DNA of 51,699 nucleotides from a virus (Duplodnaviria; Caudoviricetes): IMG/VR virus record IMGVR_UViG_3300031182_000053, positions 1 to 51,699 of that record; one strand, 5' to 3'. Shown piece by piece: positions 37,679 to 47,913 of this stretch (position 1 is its first letter; each line of letters starts with the position of its first letter). The notes under the pieces were generated by a model. It saw only the letters and a program-made list of their open reading frames with translations, ran no database searches and was not told where the DNA came from. The position numbers and the translations under genes were made by a program.

Positions 37679-38433
37679 AAGTCGAGATCCTAGCAACCGG
37701 TTCGGACGGTAACTGCATCCACCTCAAAAGCGGCGGCACCGGGATCCTGATCGACGCCGGTAAGTGGAGGCGGGACCTGGAAAAGCGTTTGCTGGCCAGA
37801 GGGATCAACGCCGCGACGGATATCCAAGCCGTATTTATCACCCACGCTCACGGCGATCATATCCGCGGACTGACACTGGCCAAGAAGTACCGTATCCCGG
37901 TATGGGCCACGGACGGCGAATGGAAAGGTATCTCCGGTGTGGATGATGAGTTGCGCCGGGTGCTGGAAACGCGCTGGGGCAAATACGAGCCCGTTCGGAT
38001 TGGTGATCTGACGGTCCGCCCCTTTCGGACCTATCACAACACCTACGAGCCAGTCGGCTACGCGGTCGAGGACGACATTGGGAACCGCGCGTGCGTGGTA
38101 TTCGATACCGGACAGGTTGATGACGAGATGCTCGGGATGATGGAGGGGAACATCTACATCATTGAGGCAAACCACGACCCGGACATGTTGCGGGATGGCC
38201 CTTATGATGATTACCTCAAGGACCGGATCGCCGACCCGTATCGCGGCCACTTGAGTAATGAACAGACGGCGGCTGCGCTTAAGAGGCTGATAAAAGGCCG
38301 TGGAGAACGGATTTACCTGACCCATTTGAGCAGCACGAACAATACGCCGGAGCTCGCGTCGCAGGCAGTACGGATGGCGTTATTCGAAAAGGGATTGATC
38401 AATAAACGAGATTATTTTCTGGAGGTGGTTTAG
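37675..38433 (+). CDS. MBL-fold metallo-hydrolase (YycJ-like nuclease)
   Basis: TGSDGN, THAHGDH, EANHD, HLSN, THLS. Confidence 0.92.
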   Translation: MKVEILATGSDGNCIHLKSGGTGILIDAGKWRRDLEKRLLARGINAATDIQAVFITHAHGDHIRGLTLAKKYRIPVWATDGEWKGISGVDDELRRVLETRWGKYEPVRIGDLTVRPFRTYHNTYEPVGYAVEDDIGNRACVVFDTGQVDDEMLGMMEGNIYIIEANHDPDMLRDGPYDDYLKDRIADPYRGHLSNEQTAAALKRLIKGRGERIYLTHLSSTNNTPELASQAVRMALFEKGLINKRDYFLEVV

Positions 38434-38434
38434 C

Positions 38435-39079
38435 GTGATAAAAATCAAGATCGTAAAATCTGATTCCTCTTGTTTTCCTCCTGTTGGCAGTATTCATGAG
38501 GCTAGGAAACTTAATCGGGATGGTACTCTCATTGATTTGTTTCCGAACTACCAAATCATTGAAGGCAAATTCTCCGGGACTATCATTCCATTCGAAAATG
38601 CAATGGAGCTTCCCAAAATACGCACTTATACCGAATCCGAGTACAACGAGGTCTTGCGGCAGCGGGACAAAGCGATTGATGATCTGGCCAAGTACGCCCA
38701 GAATATCGTGGATTTGCAAAATGAATTGAACCAGATGCGGAAGAAGATTGAAGTGCCGCGGCGTGTAGCTAACGCCATTGAAACCCTGAGCAAGATGGGA
38801 TGGACAGCAGCAGATATGTACGAAAGCACAATGGACCCGGATAGAGGGGAGTTTCCTAATCAGTTAGTGGAATTCGCATCCGTGCGAGGCAGGCAGGTGC
38901 TTTTGGAGGTTTTGGTCAATGGCTACACCATTGAGAAAACGGCGGAGGATCGTCTGAAGGAAAAGGTCGCGGCTTTAATTGATGAGTGGTACAACTCATC
39001 CGAAACTGATGCCGGTTACGAAGCGGAAATCCGACAGCTCGCCGACCAGATCGTGGAGCATGCAAAGCAATTAACCTGA
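38435..39079 (+). CDS. Hypothetical protein
   Basis: 214 aa; VPRRVANAI...LVNGYTIE. Confidence 0.7.
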   Translation: MIKIKIVKSDSSCFPPVGSIHEARKLNRDGTLIDLFPNYQIIEGKFSGTIIPFENAMELPKIRTYTESEYNEVLRQRDKAIDDLAKYAQNIVDLQNELNQMRKKIEVPRRVANAIETLSKMGWTAADMYESTMDPDRGEFPNQLVEFASVRGRQVLLEVLVNGYTIEKTAEDRLKEKVAALIDEWYNSSETDAGYEAEIRQLADQIVEHAKQLT

Positions 39080-39095
39080 ACGTTGGTGAGGAGGT

Positions 39096-39911
39096 ATGGC
39101 AAACCCGCAACTTGAGGATGGTTACACACAGCTTGCGAATGAATTGTTAGAACAAGCTGCACTACACAAATTCAACGGAACTCAATATGCAATCATCCTG
39201 GTTATATGGCGGTACACCTACGGATTCAAACGGAAAGAACATCAACTGGCAACTGGATTTATCGCAAAAGCTGTCGGTGCTGATCTATCCGGAGTGAAGG
39301 AAGAATTGAACAAGCTGATTGAGAGGAGAGTCGTTCTTGTTACCAAAGAAGGGAAGGGGCCAAGACCACGGTCCCTCTCCTTCAACAAGAATTATGAGGA
39401 GTGGCTACCGGTAGACAATTCTCCACCATTAAGTAAAAAAGCTAGTGGTGGACGATCCTCCACCATAATGGTAGACAATTCTCCCCCAATAGTGGTAGAC
39501 AATTCTCCCCCCAAGAAAGAAAAAAGAAAATATATAAAGAAAGGAGATATATATATGTCTGAATCTCCAAAAAAACTTAAATTTCACGACACCGTATTTC
39601 TTACTCTCGAGCAATACGAAAAGCTGTGTGCAGAATTTGGAAAGCAGCGAGTGGATGATACCATCGAAGCACTCGATGAATGGCAATCAAACAAAAAGCC
39701 ATCTCAGCATAAGAAGGACCATAACAAAACTCTACGCGTTTGGATCAAGAAGGACCTGGAGAGAGCCAAGGCGCGCTTTAAACCAATGGCTCAGCGCAAT
39801 AAGGAAGAGCTCGACATCCTAAATCAGTTCTATGAGGAGGGGGCGGCTCGTGAAGCAAACGGAAGCAGCAAAGTTTCTTATGATGATCAAGACCGCTTAT
39901 CCCTTCTTTGA
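39096..39911 (+). CDS. Replication initiator (lambda O-like N-terminus)
   Basis: MANPQLEDGYTQLANEL, RYTYGF, FNKNYEEW; contains internal iterons. Confidence 0.88.
   Translation: MANPQLEDGYTQLANELLEQAALHKFNGTQYAIILVIWRYTYGFKRKEHQLATGFIAKAVGADLSGVKEELNKLIERRVVLVTKEGKGPRPRSLSFNKNYEEWLPVDNSPPLSKKASGGRSSTIMVDNSPPIVVDNSPPKKEKRKYIKKGDIYMSESPKKLKFHDTVFLTLEQYEKLCAEFGKQRVDDTIEALDEWQSNKKPSQHKKDHNKTLRVWIKKDLERAKARFKPMAQRNKEELDILNQFYEEGAAREANGSSKVSYDDQDRLSLL
39410..39556 (+). repeat. Phage replication origin: four iterons plus AT-rich tract
   Basis: GGTAGACAATTCTCCMCCA-like 19-mers at 39410, 39447, 39470 and 39494, followed by an A/T run. Confidence 0.85.
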
Positions 39912-40209
39912 GGTTACGGAGGCCGGCACCCGGCTGTGGCACACGATGTTACAGGACATCGATTACGATACTGCCCAGCAGCGCCTGGCTCATCACATCC
40001 GGACGAGTAAATACGCTCCCACGATCTCAGAGATTGTTCAGGCTCCGGAAGAGGAACGTTCATATTACGACCTAGTGCGGCTCGAAGAACAACAAGAACA
40101 GTTGGCCCTTCAAGCCTACAACGAACACGCTGTACCCATGCCTGATCATATCCGCGAACGGCTCGAGCGCCTCGTGAAGAAACGGAGGGTGAACGGCAAT
40201 GAGTCTTGA
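39850..40209 (+). CDS. Helicase loader/inhibitor (G39P-like)
   Basis: IKTAYP...W...L.D...KYAPTISEI. Confidence 0.8.
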   Translation: MKQTEAAKFLMMIKTAYPFFEVTEAGTRLWHTMLQDIDYDTAQQRLAHHIRTSKYAPTISEIVQAPEEERSYYDLVRLEEQQEQLALQAYNEHAVPMPDHIRERLERLVKKRRVNGNES

Positions 40210-41551
40210 TGCAGAACAGGCGGTGTTGGGGGCGCTCCTCAAGAAGTCCGAGCTGATGGACGATTGTTACTTGTCACCGGATGATTTCGATCCGGAAGGA
40301 CCAAACGGGACCGTAATGAATGCTCTCCGATGGGCGTACGAGAATCTCGCTGAAAGGCCGGGCGTGAAAGACCCGTTCGATCCGTTGGTTCTGGCGGAGC
40401 ATTGGGGAAAGAACCTCGAAAAAATCGGGGGCCTCTCGTACTTAATGCGTCTGAGAAGCTCCGTCCCGAGTACTGCGAATTTTGATCAGTACCAGCGAAT
40501 TGTGCGGGAGGCAAGCATCCAACGGCAAGCGACGGCAGCCTTACAAGCGGCCCTATCAGGTGGAGACGTTGATCTGGGTCAGATCAAGGAACAAATGGAA
40601 CGTCTGCAGGAGCTCAAAAATCAGGGAATAGTGGACGGAATGAAGTGGATTCCAGATGTTTTGGAAGGCCATCCCCAAGAGATTATGGCCCGCGGATCCA
40701 GAAGTGGAATGAACGGGGCTCGGACGACGAGTGTCGAGCTGAATGAGATGGGGGGCGGTCATCAGAAACAGGACCTTACCATCATAGGAGCACGGCCAAG
40801 TATCGGTAAAACAGCATTCGTGGTCAATGATTCGAAATCGGCAGCAATGTCCGGTTGGACAACAGTGTTGTTCTCCGGCGAGATGCCGGCAAAGGATGTG
40901 GCTGAGCGATACATTTGCGATATCAGCGGCATCGACGCGAAGAAGGTTCAGAAGGGGCGCTTAACTGAGAACGATTGGGACAGTTACAGCAAAGCGCTTG
41001 AAATACTAGATCAACTTCCCATCTACATCGACGATACGCCCGGAATGACCGTCGAATACATCTGGCGCCAAACGAAAGCGATGAAGAAGAAGCATGCCAA
41101 CTTGATCGTCTATATCGATTACCTGCAGCTAATCGAAACAGAGAAGAAGTTCAGCCAGACCGCCGATCGGGTGAATTACGTATCGAAGCAGCTGAAGAAG
41201 ATGGCTCGCACCTTTGACATCCCGGTAGTCGCAATCAGCTCGGTTGGCCGCAAATGCGAAGAACGAAACGACAAGCGCCCGATGATGTCCGACCTCCGGG
41301 AATCCGGGAACATCGAATTTGATGCTGATGTGATCATCTTCCTGTATCGAGATGACTACTATTACCCGGATACCCCTTGGAAAGGCATAATCGAGCTGAT
41401 AGTAGCGAAGGGCCGGAAGATTGGGACAGGAATGATTCAGATGTTTTTTAACCGCAAAAACGGGCGGTTTACGAATCTTAGCGAGGATGATAAAGCAAGG
41501 CTGCGGGAGAAGGTGCAGGAGTATGAGCAGACGAGAAATCGAAAACGATGA
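40199..41551 (+). CDS. Replicative DnaB-family helicase
   Basis: AEQAVLG, GARPSIGKT, IDYLQL, DLRESGNIEFDAD. Confidence 0.95.
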   Translation: MSLDAEQAVLGALLKKSELMDDCYLSPDDFDPEGPNGTVMNALRWAYENLAERPGVKDPFDPLVLAEHWGKNLEKIGGLSYLMRLRSSVPSTANFDQYQRIVREASIQRQATAALQAALSGGDVDLGQIKEQMERLQELKNQGIVDGMKWIPDVLEGHPQEIMARGSRSGMNGARTTSVELNEMGGGHQKQDLTIIGARPSIGKTAFVVNDSKSAAMSGWTTVLFSGEMPAKDVAERYICDISGIDAKKVQKGRLTENDWDSYSKALEILDQLPIYIDDTPGMTVEYIWRQTKAMKKKHANLIVYIDYLQLIETEKKFSQTADRVNYVSKQLKKMARTFDIPVVAISSVGRKCEERNDKRPMMSDLRESGNIEFDADVIIFLYRDDYYYPDTPWKGIIELIVAKGRKIGTGMIQMFFNRKNGRFTNLSEDDKARLREKVQEYEQTRNRKR

Positions 41552-41939
41552 GGTATTTCGCAAGGCAGAATACGAAAAATTCAAGCTTGCGGCCGAATTG
41601 GATGACCCACTTAGTGGAATGACACCGGAGGAACGCAAGCGGAAAATGGCGATTTATGACCGCACTTGTGAATTGATTGAGCGGTATCGGCGCGGCAGGT
41701 TGGTGCAGAAATACCCGGGGCTACGAGAGCAGTTTCGCATCCTTGGGTGGGAGTTTCAGGAGTTTGAGGGCGAATATGATTCGGCTCATGACTTTCTCGA
41801 GACCGATCCGCCTCCAACATCACCGCCTGAAACCGCACCCGCGGCGGAAACGGCGGCGAAACCTTCTGCAGCAGCCCCGTCAAGCAAGCCGGAACCGCGA
41901 AAAAAAGGCATTGCCGACTGGCTGGATGATGACGATTGA
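41523..41939 (+). CDS. Hypothetical protein
   Basis: Overlaps the helicase 3' end; acidic tail. Confidence 0.65.
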   Translation: MSRREIENDEVFRKAEYEKFKLAAELDDPLSGMTPEERKRKMAIYDRTCELIERYRRGRLVQKYPGLREQFRILGWEFQEFEGEYDSAHDFLETDPPPTSPPETAPAAETAAKPSAAAPSSKPEPRKKGIADWLDDDD

Positions 41940-42048
41940 AAGGAGCGGAGGTCATGAAGATCCGTCAATGGTTGTGGCGGTTTATGGGATGGATTATTCG
42001 CAAGAAGAAGTATTTGAGACAGGAGATTGAACGGCTAGAAAGGGAGGA

Positions 42049-43194
42049 ATGGACGTGAAGATAACTATTTCCAAGCAAGAGCTGCATGAGGCCCTGCAGC
42101 ATGTGTCCAAGGCGATCAGTGGAAGGGCCACAGTACCGATCCTAACTGGCGTAAAACTGGACGTATTTCGGACAGAGGGCGTCAAGCTCACGGCCAGCGA
42201 CATTGACACCACAATCCGCGCGGAGATTCCGGTGGAGGATGGGGTTGTGACAGTACACGAAAGCGGTAGCGTCGTCCTCCCGGCCAAGTTCTTCGTCGAG
42301 ATCATCAAGAAGTTGCCAAAAGAGACGGTGGACATCGAGGTTCAACCAGGCTTCACCACCCTGATCACCTCGGGTAAAACGAAGCTGAATTTGGTCGGAA
42401 TGGACCCGGAGGAGTTCCCGGCGACCCCGATTGGGGACGAGGACCCGACGTTATCGCTGCAAGGAGACGAGCTCAAGGAGTTGATCAGGTCAACGGCGTT
42501 CGCGGTTTCCACCAGCGAAACCTCCCCGATTCTGACCGGGGTCCTTTGGGAGTTATCCGCCGGCCGGCTGCAGCTGACCGCGACAGATCGACACCGGCTG
42601 GCCCGCGTTGCAGTTGATGGAGCTGCCGATCAGGAGATCAGTTTCCACAACGTGGTCATTACGGCCCGGACGCTGAACGATCTGGCCAAGATCATTAGCG
42701 ACGATGAAGAGGTTCAAATCTCAGTTGGCACCAGTCAGGTATTGTTCCGCGCTGGACGGGTTAATTTCTTCTCTCGCGTGCTAGACGGCAACTACCCGGA
42801 TACGTCGAAGATCATTCCGACAACGTTTCAATCGGAGTTGGAAGTTAGCACAAAAGCATTCGCGGACTCGATCGATCGGGCCCACTTACTGGCCCGGGAA
42901 GTAAAGACTAACATCGTACGGTTGGAGGTTGATGCGGAGGGCGCAGTGCGGATCGAATCAACATCAGATGGGGTCGGCAAGGTGGTTGAGCAGATTGATG
43001 CAGACAAATTCACCGGCGACCCGATCAAAATCTCGTTCAATTCCAAATACATGCTGGATGCGCTGAAGGCCACGGACAGCGATCATCTACACATCGGATT
43101 TACGGGACCTATGAGTCCGATCATCATCCGGCCGCAGGGGGGCGGCAGCAGCGACAAACTCAATCTGATCCTGCCGTATCGGACTGGTGTATGA
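42049..43194 (+). CDS. dnaN: DNA polymerase III beta clamp (phage-encoded)
   Basis: 381 aa; PILTGV, TATDRHRLA, GNYPD, FNSKYMLDAL, LILPYR. Confidence 0.95.
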   Translation: MDVKITISKQELHEALQHVSKAISGRATVPILTGVKLDVFRTEGVKLTASDIDTTIRAEIPVEDGVVTVHESGSVVLPAKFFVEIIKKLPKETVDIEVQPGFTTLITSGKTKLNLVGMDPEEFPATPIGDEDPTLSLQGDELKELIRSTAFAVSTSETSPILTGVLWELSAGRLQLTATDRHRLARVAVDGAADQEISFHNVVITARTLNDLAKIISDDEEVQISVGTSQVLFRAGRVNFFSRVLDGNYPDTSKIIPTTFQSELEVSTKAFADSIDRAHLLAREVKTNIVRLEVDAEGAVRIESTSDGVGKVVEQIDADKFTGDPIKISFNSKYMLDALKATDSDHLHIGFTGPMSPIIIRPQGGGSSDKLNLILPYRTGV

Positions 43195-43871
43195 CGCGTT
43201 TTGTGGGAATCGACCCGGCGACGAATACCGGCTTTGTCGCCTTAGATGAAAAGGGGAACGTTCTTCGGGCGAAGGAATTAACCGGGGTAAAATCGGACAC
43301 TCCGCACATGATCCGTACCTTGCATGATGAGATATGGCGGCACCTATATGAGGATGATCTAGTGGCTATTGAGGGCTTCGCGCTCGATGCCCAGGACACG
43401 AACAAGGTTTCCAGCGGATGCAACTGGGCGGCCCGGATGGCGACTGACAGGAAAGTTGGAGCATTCATCTCCCCACGGCCGAGCCAACTTAAGAAATTCG
43501 TGGATGTTTCCGAGTGGGAGCCTGATCCGGATAGGCCAGGTAAGAAGCGGCGACTTACCGGGAAAGCGGTCAAAAAGTTGGTCATGGAACAGGTGGAAAT
43601 GCGATGGGGATATAGGCCGCCAACCGACAACATAGCCGATGCCTATGTTTTGGCCAGGATCGCCAAAGCTGTGCATGAGGTTAAATGTTATGCCTCACAT
43701 CTCGAAGATTACCCGCCATACCAGCAGGAAGTCATAATGGCAATCATCGACCCGAGCACGGTCAAAAAGCAGAAGAAATCCAAACCGAAAACGAACAAAC
43801 GGCGCGGGAAGCCCGCGGCGGCGGACGGTCACACCCATTTAGCAGAACAACAGTTCTTATTTGATGTCTGA
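43191..43871 (+). CDS. RuvC-like Holliday junction resolvase
   Basis: VGIDP..NTG, VAIEG, LKKF, DNIADA. Confidence 0.8.
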   Translation: MTRFVGIDPATNTGFVALDEKGNVLRAKELTGVKSDTPHMIRTLHDEIWRHLYEDDLVAIEGFALDAQDTNKVSSGCNWAARMATDRKVGAFISPRPSQLKKFVDVSEWEPDPDRPGKKRRLTGKAVKKLVMEQVEMRWGYRPPTDNIADAYVLARIAKAVHEVKCYASHLEDYPPYQQEVIMAIIDPSTVKKQKKSKPKTNKRRGKPAAADGHTHLAEQQFLFDV

Positions 43872-43885
43872 GAGGAGGGAACAAC

Positions 43886-45811
43886 TTGCAGTTAGCAGAG
43901 AATATCCAATACAAAACGTCAGCATTTCTGTTCGCGGGAATCGGCGGAGCCACCGCCGGAGCACTCCGCTCAATGATTGAATTTGGTGGGAAGGTATACA
44001 AATTCAAGGTACTATGTGCAATCGACAGCGACCCTGTGGCTTGCCATAATCATGATCTTATAACCGGAGAGAAGACATCGGTATGCATGGACCTCTTCAA
44101 GCGTTGGCAGTATGAAGCCTGGCACGGCCATGAACCGCCGGCGGATTGGCGGGAGATGACGCCATGGGATATCTGGCAAGCATTCAAACAACAGGTTCCG
44201 TTTTTCCTCTTTCTATCACCACCCTGCAAGGGATTGAGCGGGTTATTACCGCAAGGAAAGGCTGAAACGGAGAAATACCAGGCTCTCAATTACCTTACCG
44301 TTCACGGTTTGGAGCTGACGCTGAGAGCATGCGATGAATACGGTGGAAGCGTGCCGGCGGTCATTCAACTGGAGAATGTGCCGCGGATAACCACGCGGGG
44401 GAAGTCGCTTCTTCAGCAGATCAAAAAGCTGCTCAAAAAATATGGGTACGCGGTGAGCATACGGGCGGATCACAACCTAGGAGAGATCGGTGGACTCGGG
44501 CAAAATCGGGTTCGTTTCCTGATCATGGCTCGTCATGAGGCACAAATCCCTAACGTGATTTACTACCCTGAGCGAAAACCACTCCGCTCGATCGGTGATG
44601 TAATCGGACCGCTGCCAGCTCCAGGAGATACGGAAGCAGGTGGCCCGTTGCATAGACTTCAGCGGCTCCAGTGGAAAACGTGGATGCGTTTGGCGCTTAT
44701 TCCTGCAGGCGGTGATTGGCGTGATCTTAACAAGGTGGACTATCAAAACCTCCGGGTGGTCCATGAGCCGCGGCGCGGCGCTTACGAGGTAACCGATTGG
44801 GGCGAAACGGCCAGAGCTGTTACCAGCACGGCCGGTCCTGGAAGGAGTAACGGCGTCGCAGCGGTATCTGATCCGCGGCTCAATCTTGGAGAAAGTGGCA
44901 AAACGAACATCTTGCGTATACAACCGAGTGAGCAGCCTGGCGGGTGTGTGACGGGCGTTCCTGGCCCGTTCCAAGGAGCAGCTTGCATATCTGATCCGAC
45001 GCTACCGGAACGATCAAATAGGCACCCTGCACAGTACAGGATTGTCCGGACTGAGGAGCCAGCTCCTTGTGTCACCGGAACTCGGCTGGGGAGCGGTGCG
45101 ATTGCAGTTGCTGATCCTGCCCTTAATACGAAACTCATGCCAGATAGTTACGGTGTACAAGAATGGGATTCTACGTCAAAAACGATTCGCTCCAATAATC
45201 GGGTGATGCAGTCGGCAGCCAGTATCAGCGACCCTCGTATATCGGAAAGCCCCGGCCGACACACATACAAATTTCGGGTCCAAGATTCCGAGGAGCCAGC
45301 TGCGACAATTACAGGATGCGCTGATGTACAAAGCGGCGCTCAGTTGATAGCTGATCCATCCATAAAGAGCGCGCCTCGCGCCGATACGCTCGGGGTTCAA
45401 GAATGGGATCGGTCGGCCAAGACGGTAATTGGAAGCGCAGACGTACACGCAGGTGCTGCGGCGGTAGCTGATCCTCGTCCAATACCGGCGGATAATGACC
45501 GGGGCGTTTGGATCATCCGGGCGTTGGACGGTACCTGGCACCGCCCGCTTACAACCTACGAATTGGCCATGTTGCAAAGCTTCCCTCGATATCTTCCGGA
45601 TGGTCGTCCATTTCAGTTGGAAGGCTGTAACGACGCCAAGGCCCGGGAATACATCGGAAATGCCGTTCCGCCTGACGCGCAGGAAGAAATGGGCAACGTG
45701 ATTTTGCTGGCAGCTGCGGAGGCAGAGGCCGGGATCACGTTCCGGTTATCCTTCGATCCAGTTTGGGTTTCTCCTGCGGACGAAGAGCGAGCACCGGCGG
45801 TGGTTCACTAA
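43886..45811 (+). CDS. C5 cytosine DNA methyltransferase with repeated variable region
   Basis: FAGIGG (motif I), SPPC (IV), ENV (VI), QNRVR (VIII), RPLT..E...LQSFP (IX), GNAVPP (X). Confidence 0.92.
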   Translation: MQLAENIQYKTSAFLFAGIGGATAGALRSMIEFGGKVYKFKVLCAIDSDPVACHNHDLITGEKTSVCMDLFKRWQYEAWHGHEPPADWREMTPWDIWQAFKQQVPFFLFLSPPCKGLSGLLPQGKAETEKYQALNYLTVHGLELTLRACDEYGGSVPAVIQLENVPRITTRGKSLLQQIKKLLKKYGYAVSIRADHNLGEIGGLGQNRVRFLIMARHEAQIPNVIYYPERKPLRSIGDVIGPLPAPGDTEAGGPLHRLQRLQWKTWMRLALIPAGGDWRDLNKVDYQNLRVVHEPRRGAYEVTDWGETARAVTSTAGPGRSNGVAAVSDPRLNLGESGKTNILRIQPSEQPGGCVTGVPGPFQGAACISDPTLPERSNRHPAQYRIVRTEEPAPCVTGTRLGSGAIAVADPALNTKLMPDSYGVQEWDSTSKTIRSNNRVMQSAASISDPRISESPGRHTYKFRVQDSEEPAATITGCADVQSGAQLIADPSIKSAPRADTLGVQEWDRSAKTVIGSADVHAGAAAVADPRPIPADNDRGVWIIRALDGTWHRPLTTYELAMLQSFPRYLPDGRPFQLEGCNDAKAREYIGNAVPPDAQEEMGNVILLAAAEAEAGITFRLSFDPVWVSPADEERAPAVVH

Positions 45812-46092
45812 TGGACCGAAAGAGGAGGAGCACTGTGAGTCATCTCACCCACGACGAATGCATGACGCTGCTGGCTGGTATCCAGGCAGCTCAGCCCGGT
45901 GACTGGACGCACGATTTGACCACCATACTTGACGGACCGGCCCGCTTTGTCGCCCGAGTCGTGATCCCGGATGGGCTGGAGGTAGTGTACTTCCGACATC
46001 CAGACGTGGCCGGGGCATGGCCGGCGGCGAATTGGGATCGCTTCGCGGTGGCGCGGGTGCCGCAGCAGGTGGAGCAGATGACGTTGTTTTGA
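45811..46092 (+). CDS. Hypothetical protein
   Basis: TAATG overlap with the methyltransferase; ends QMTLF. Confidence 0.6.
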   Translation: MDRKRRSTVSHLTHDECMTLLAGIQAAQPGDWTHDLTTILDGPARFVARVVIPDGLEVVYFRHPDVAGAWPAANWDRFAVARVPQQVEQMTLF

Positions 46093-46124
46093 TGTTTTAT
46101 CAAAATTAGGGAGGGAAGGGAGCA

Positions 46125-46334
46125 ATGAAAGGTAAACCGGAGTTTGCAGTATATAAGGGCGACGATTTACTGGTCTTGGGCACGGCAGAAGAATGCGCGG
46201 CAAAGCTCGGGGTTACTCCAAGATACATTTACTGGCTCACGACGCCAGTTAACATACGAAGAATTGAAAAAAGTAAGAATCCGGAAAAATGTACGGTTGC
46301 AATCCGGTTGGATGATGATGGGGAGGAGGAATAA
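46125..46334 (+). CDS. Small HTH-like phage protein
   Basis: AVYKGD...GTAEECAAKLGV. Confidence 0.75.
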   Translation: MKGKPEFAVYKGDDLLVLGTAEECAAKLGVTPRYIYWLTTPVNIRRIEKSKNPEKCTVAIRLDDDGEEE

Positions 46335-46338
46335 AACC

Positions 46339-46554
46339 GTGGAAAAGACCAATAAAGCGTCAGCTCTAATCGTACGTCCTGGTGAAAGCTATACGTTCCA
46401 GTTTCTCAATAATCTGCCGATCACATGGATCGTCGATGTGATCAACGAGCAGGAGGACCGGATCTACATCCATAAAAGCGACGGAACGAGCAAGATGGTA
46501 AGCTTCAGACATTTCGTCGATCTGTATCGGCGTTACGGCGTAAGTGCCGTGTAG
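46339..46554 (+). CDS. Hypothetical protein
   Basis: RBS GGAGGA; GTG start. Confidence 0.55.
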   Translation: MEKTNKASALIVRPGESYTFQFLNNLPITWIVDVINEQEDRIYIHKSDGTSKMVSFRHFVDLYRRYGVSAV

Positions 46555-46579
46555 ACACAAATAGCGAAGGAGTGAATGT

Positions 46580-46756
46580 ATGGCTAAATGCGAGAGCTGT
46601 TACTACAACCGTGAGATGATGGCAAATGGAGTAAAGATCACAGCTTGTTACTATAGGCTCGAAACAGGGAGGCCTTTGTACGGGCGAGCGGACGATCCTA
46701 CGTATTGCAGCGGATACGAACCATCGGAAAAACAACTCGAATTAGCATTTGATTAA
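46580..46756 (+). CDS. Small Cys-rich protein
   Basis: MAKCESC...C...YC; RBS AAGGAG. Confidence 0.6.
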   Translation: MAKCESCYYNREMMANGVKITACYYRLETGRPLYGRADDPTYCSGYEPSEKQLELAFD

Positions 46757-46831
46757 TGCACAATCCGAAAAACAACACACTAACACCCCCGGCCTACATT
46801 TAGGGGGCCAGGGTATAGGAGGTATACAAGG

Positions 46832-46987
46832 ATGGAAGTAACAGAACAAAATTCCTGCACATGTCATAACTGCTTTAGATTCTCACATTATGCGGTTGAA
46901 ATCAAGTATGGAACTAATAACAGCTTTTATCTCTGTGCTAGATGTGCTGATGCACTTAAAGACGAACTCAAGGAGGTAAGAGAGTAA
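46832..46987 (+). CDS. Small zinc-finger protein
   Basis: CHNC...CARC; RBS AGGAGGT. Confidence 0.65.
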   Translation: MEVTEQNSCTCHNCFRFSHYAVEIKYGTNNSFYLCARCADALKDELKEVRE

Positions 46988-47119
46988 TGGGAAAGTTAAT
47001 CGATGCTGTTGAGATGACCAATAACCCTTTAGAAGCAATAAAAGCCATCGAATCAATTTTGAAAAGCAGGTATAGTTCGTAGTTCGAAAAAAATAGCGAA
47101 ATAGAAGGGATTGATATAA

Positions 47120-47722
47120 ATGGCACTTACCCTTGAACAAATGTACGAAATGCAAAAGCAGCTCGACGCCAGGATCATCCGGGAGAAAGGGCTGGAAGGT
47201 CAGGACTTGTTGCCAAATACGGTACTGGCCTTGCAGGTCGAGATCTGCGAGCTGGCAAACGAATGGCGCGGGTTTAAGCATTGGAGCAATGATCGGGAGC
47301 CCAGATATGAAAAACGGTCCATTGCTTTTCGGGATAAGGAAGACGGAACGGGTGAAGCGTTTGAGCATGTGACCTATCCGCTTCTGGAGGAATACGTAGA
47401 CTGCTTGCACTTTTTCTTGAGTATCGCGCGGCAGTTGGATTTACCGGCGGATGATCTTTACATCCCGGACGATACGATCGAAGGGGAAACAACAGTTTTG
47501 TTTACTGAGCTTTTGCACAATGTCGGGATGATCATGGGACACGAATTTTTATATGAGTGGCCTGAGGACTTCAAAAAGCAGCAAAGAAATTTTTTCCGCG
47601 GAGCCATGGCAGTCTTCTATTCGCTCGGTGAACAACGTCTTGGTTTTACATTCGAACAGATCGCCGACGCCTACGCCGCTAAGAACGCTGTTAACCATGA
47701 GCGTCAGTCAAGCGGGTATTGA
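47120..47722 (+). CDS. Dimeric dUTPase
   Basis: QKQLD, EICELANEWRGFKHWS, EEYVDCLHF, KNAVNHERQ. Confidence 0.92.
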   Translation: MALTLEQMYEMQKQLDARIIREKGLEGQDLLPNTVLALQVEICELANEWRGFKHWSNDREPRYEKRSIAFRDKEDGTGEAFEHVTYPLLEEYVDCLHFFLSIARQLDLPADDLYIPDDTIEGETTVLFTELLHNVGMIMGHEFLYEWPEDFKKQQRNFFRGAMAVFYSLGEQRLGFTFEQIADAYAAKNAVNHERQSSGY

Positions 47723-47732
47723 GGTGATCCTG

Positions 47733-47912
47733 ATGTATGACAAGGGGCTTAAGCGTGAGTTTTGGACGCCAGAGCAAATCGCGGAGCATTGTAAAAAGAT
47801 CGGAGCGGACGGGCCGCCACCTAAGAAGATCATCGAAAGTCATCTGAACACAACGGCGCCGCAGCTATCCTCTAAGAGTCGCAAGTACCGGAAACGGGGA
47901 GGCGAGTATTAA
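47733..47912 (+). CDS. Hypothetical protein
   Basis: RBS GAGGTG; WTPEQI. Confidence 0.6.
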   Translation: MYDKGLKREFWTPEQIAEHCKKIGADGPPPKKIIESHLNTTAPQLSSKSRKYRKRGGEY

Positions 47913-47913
47913 G

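Noticed and set aside
39410-39512. Short repeats as a mini-CRISPR
   Set aside because: Spacers are only 4-18 nt and lie inside the initiator gene; these are iterons.
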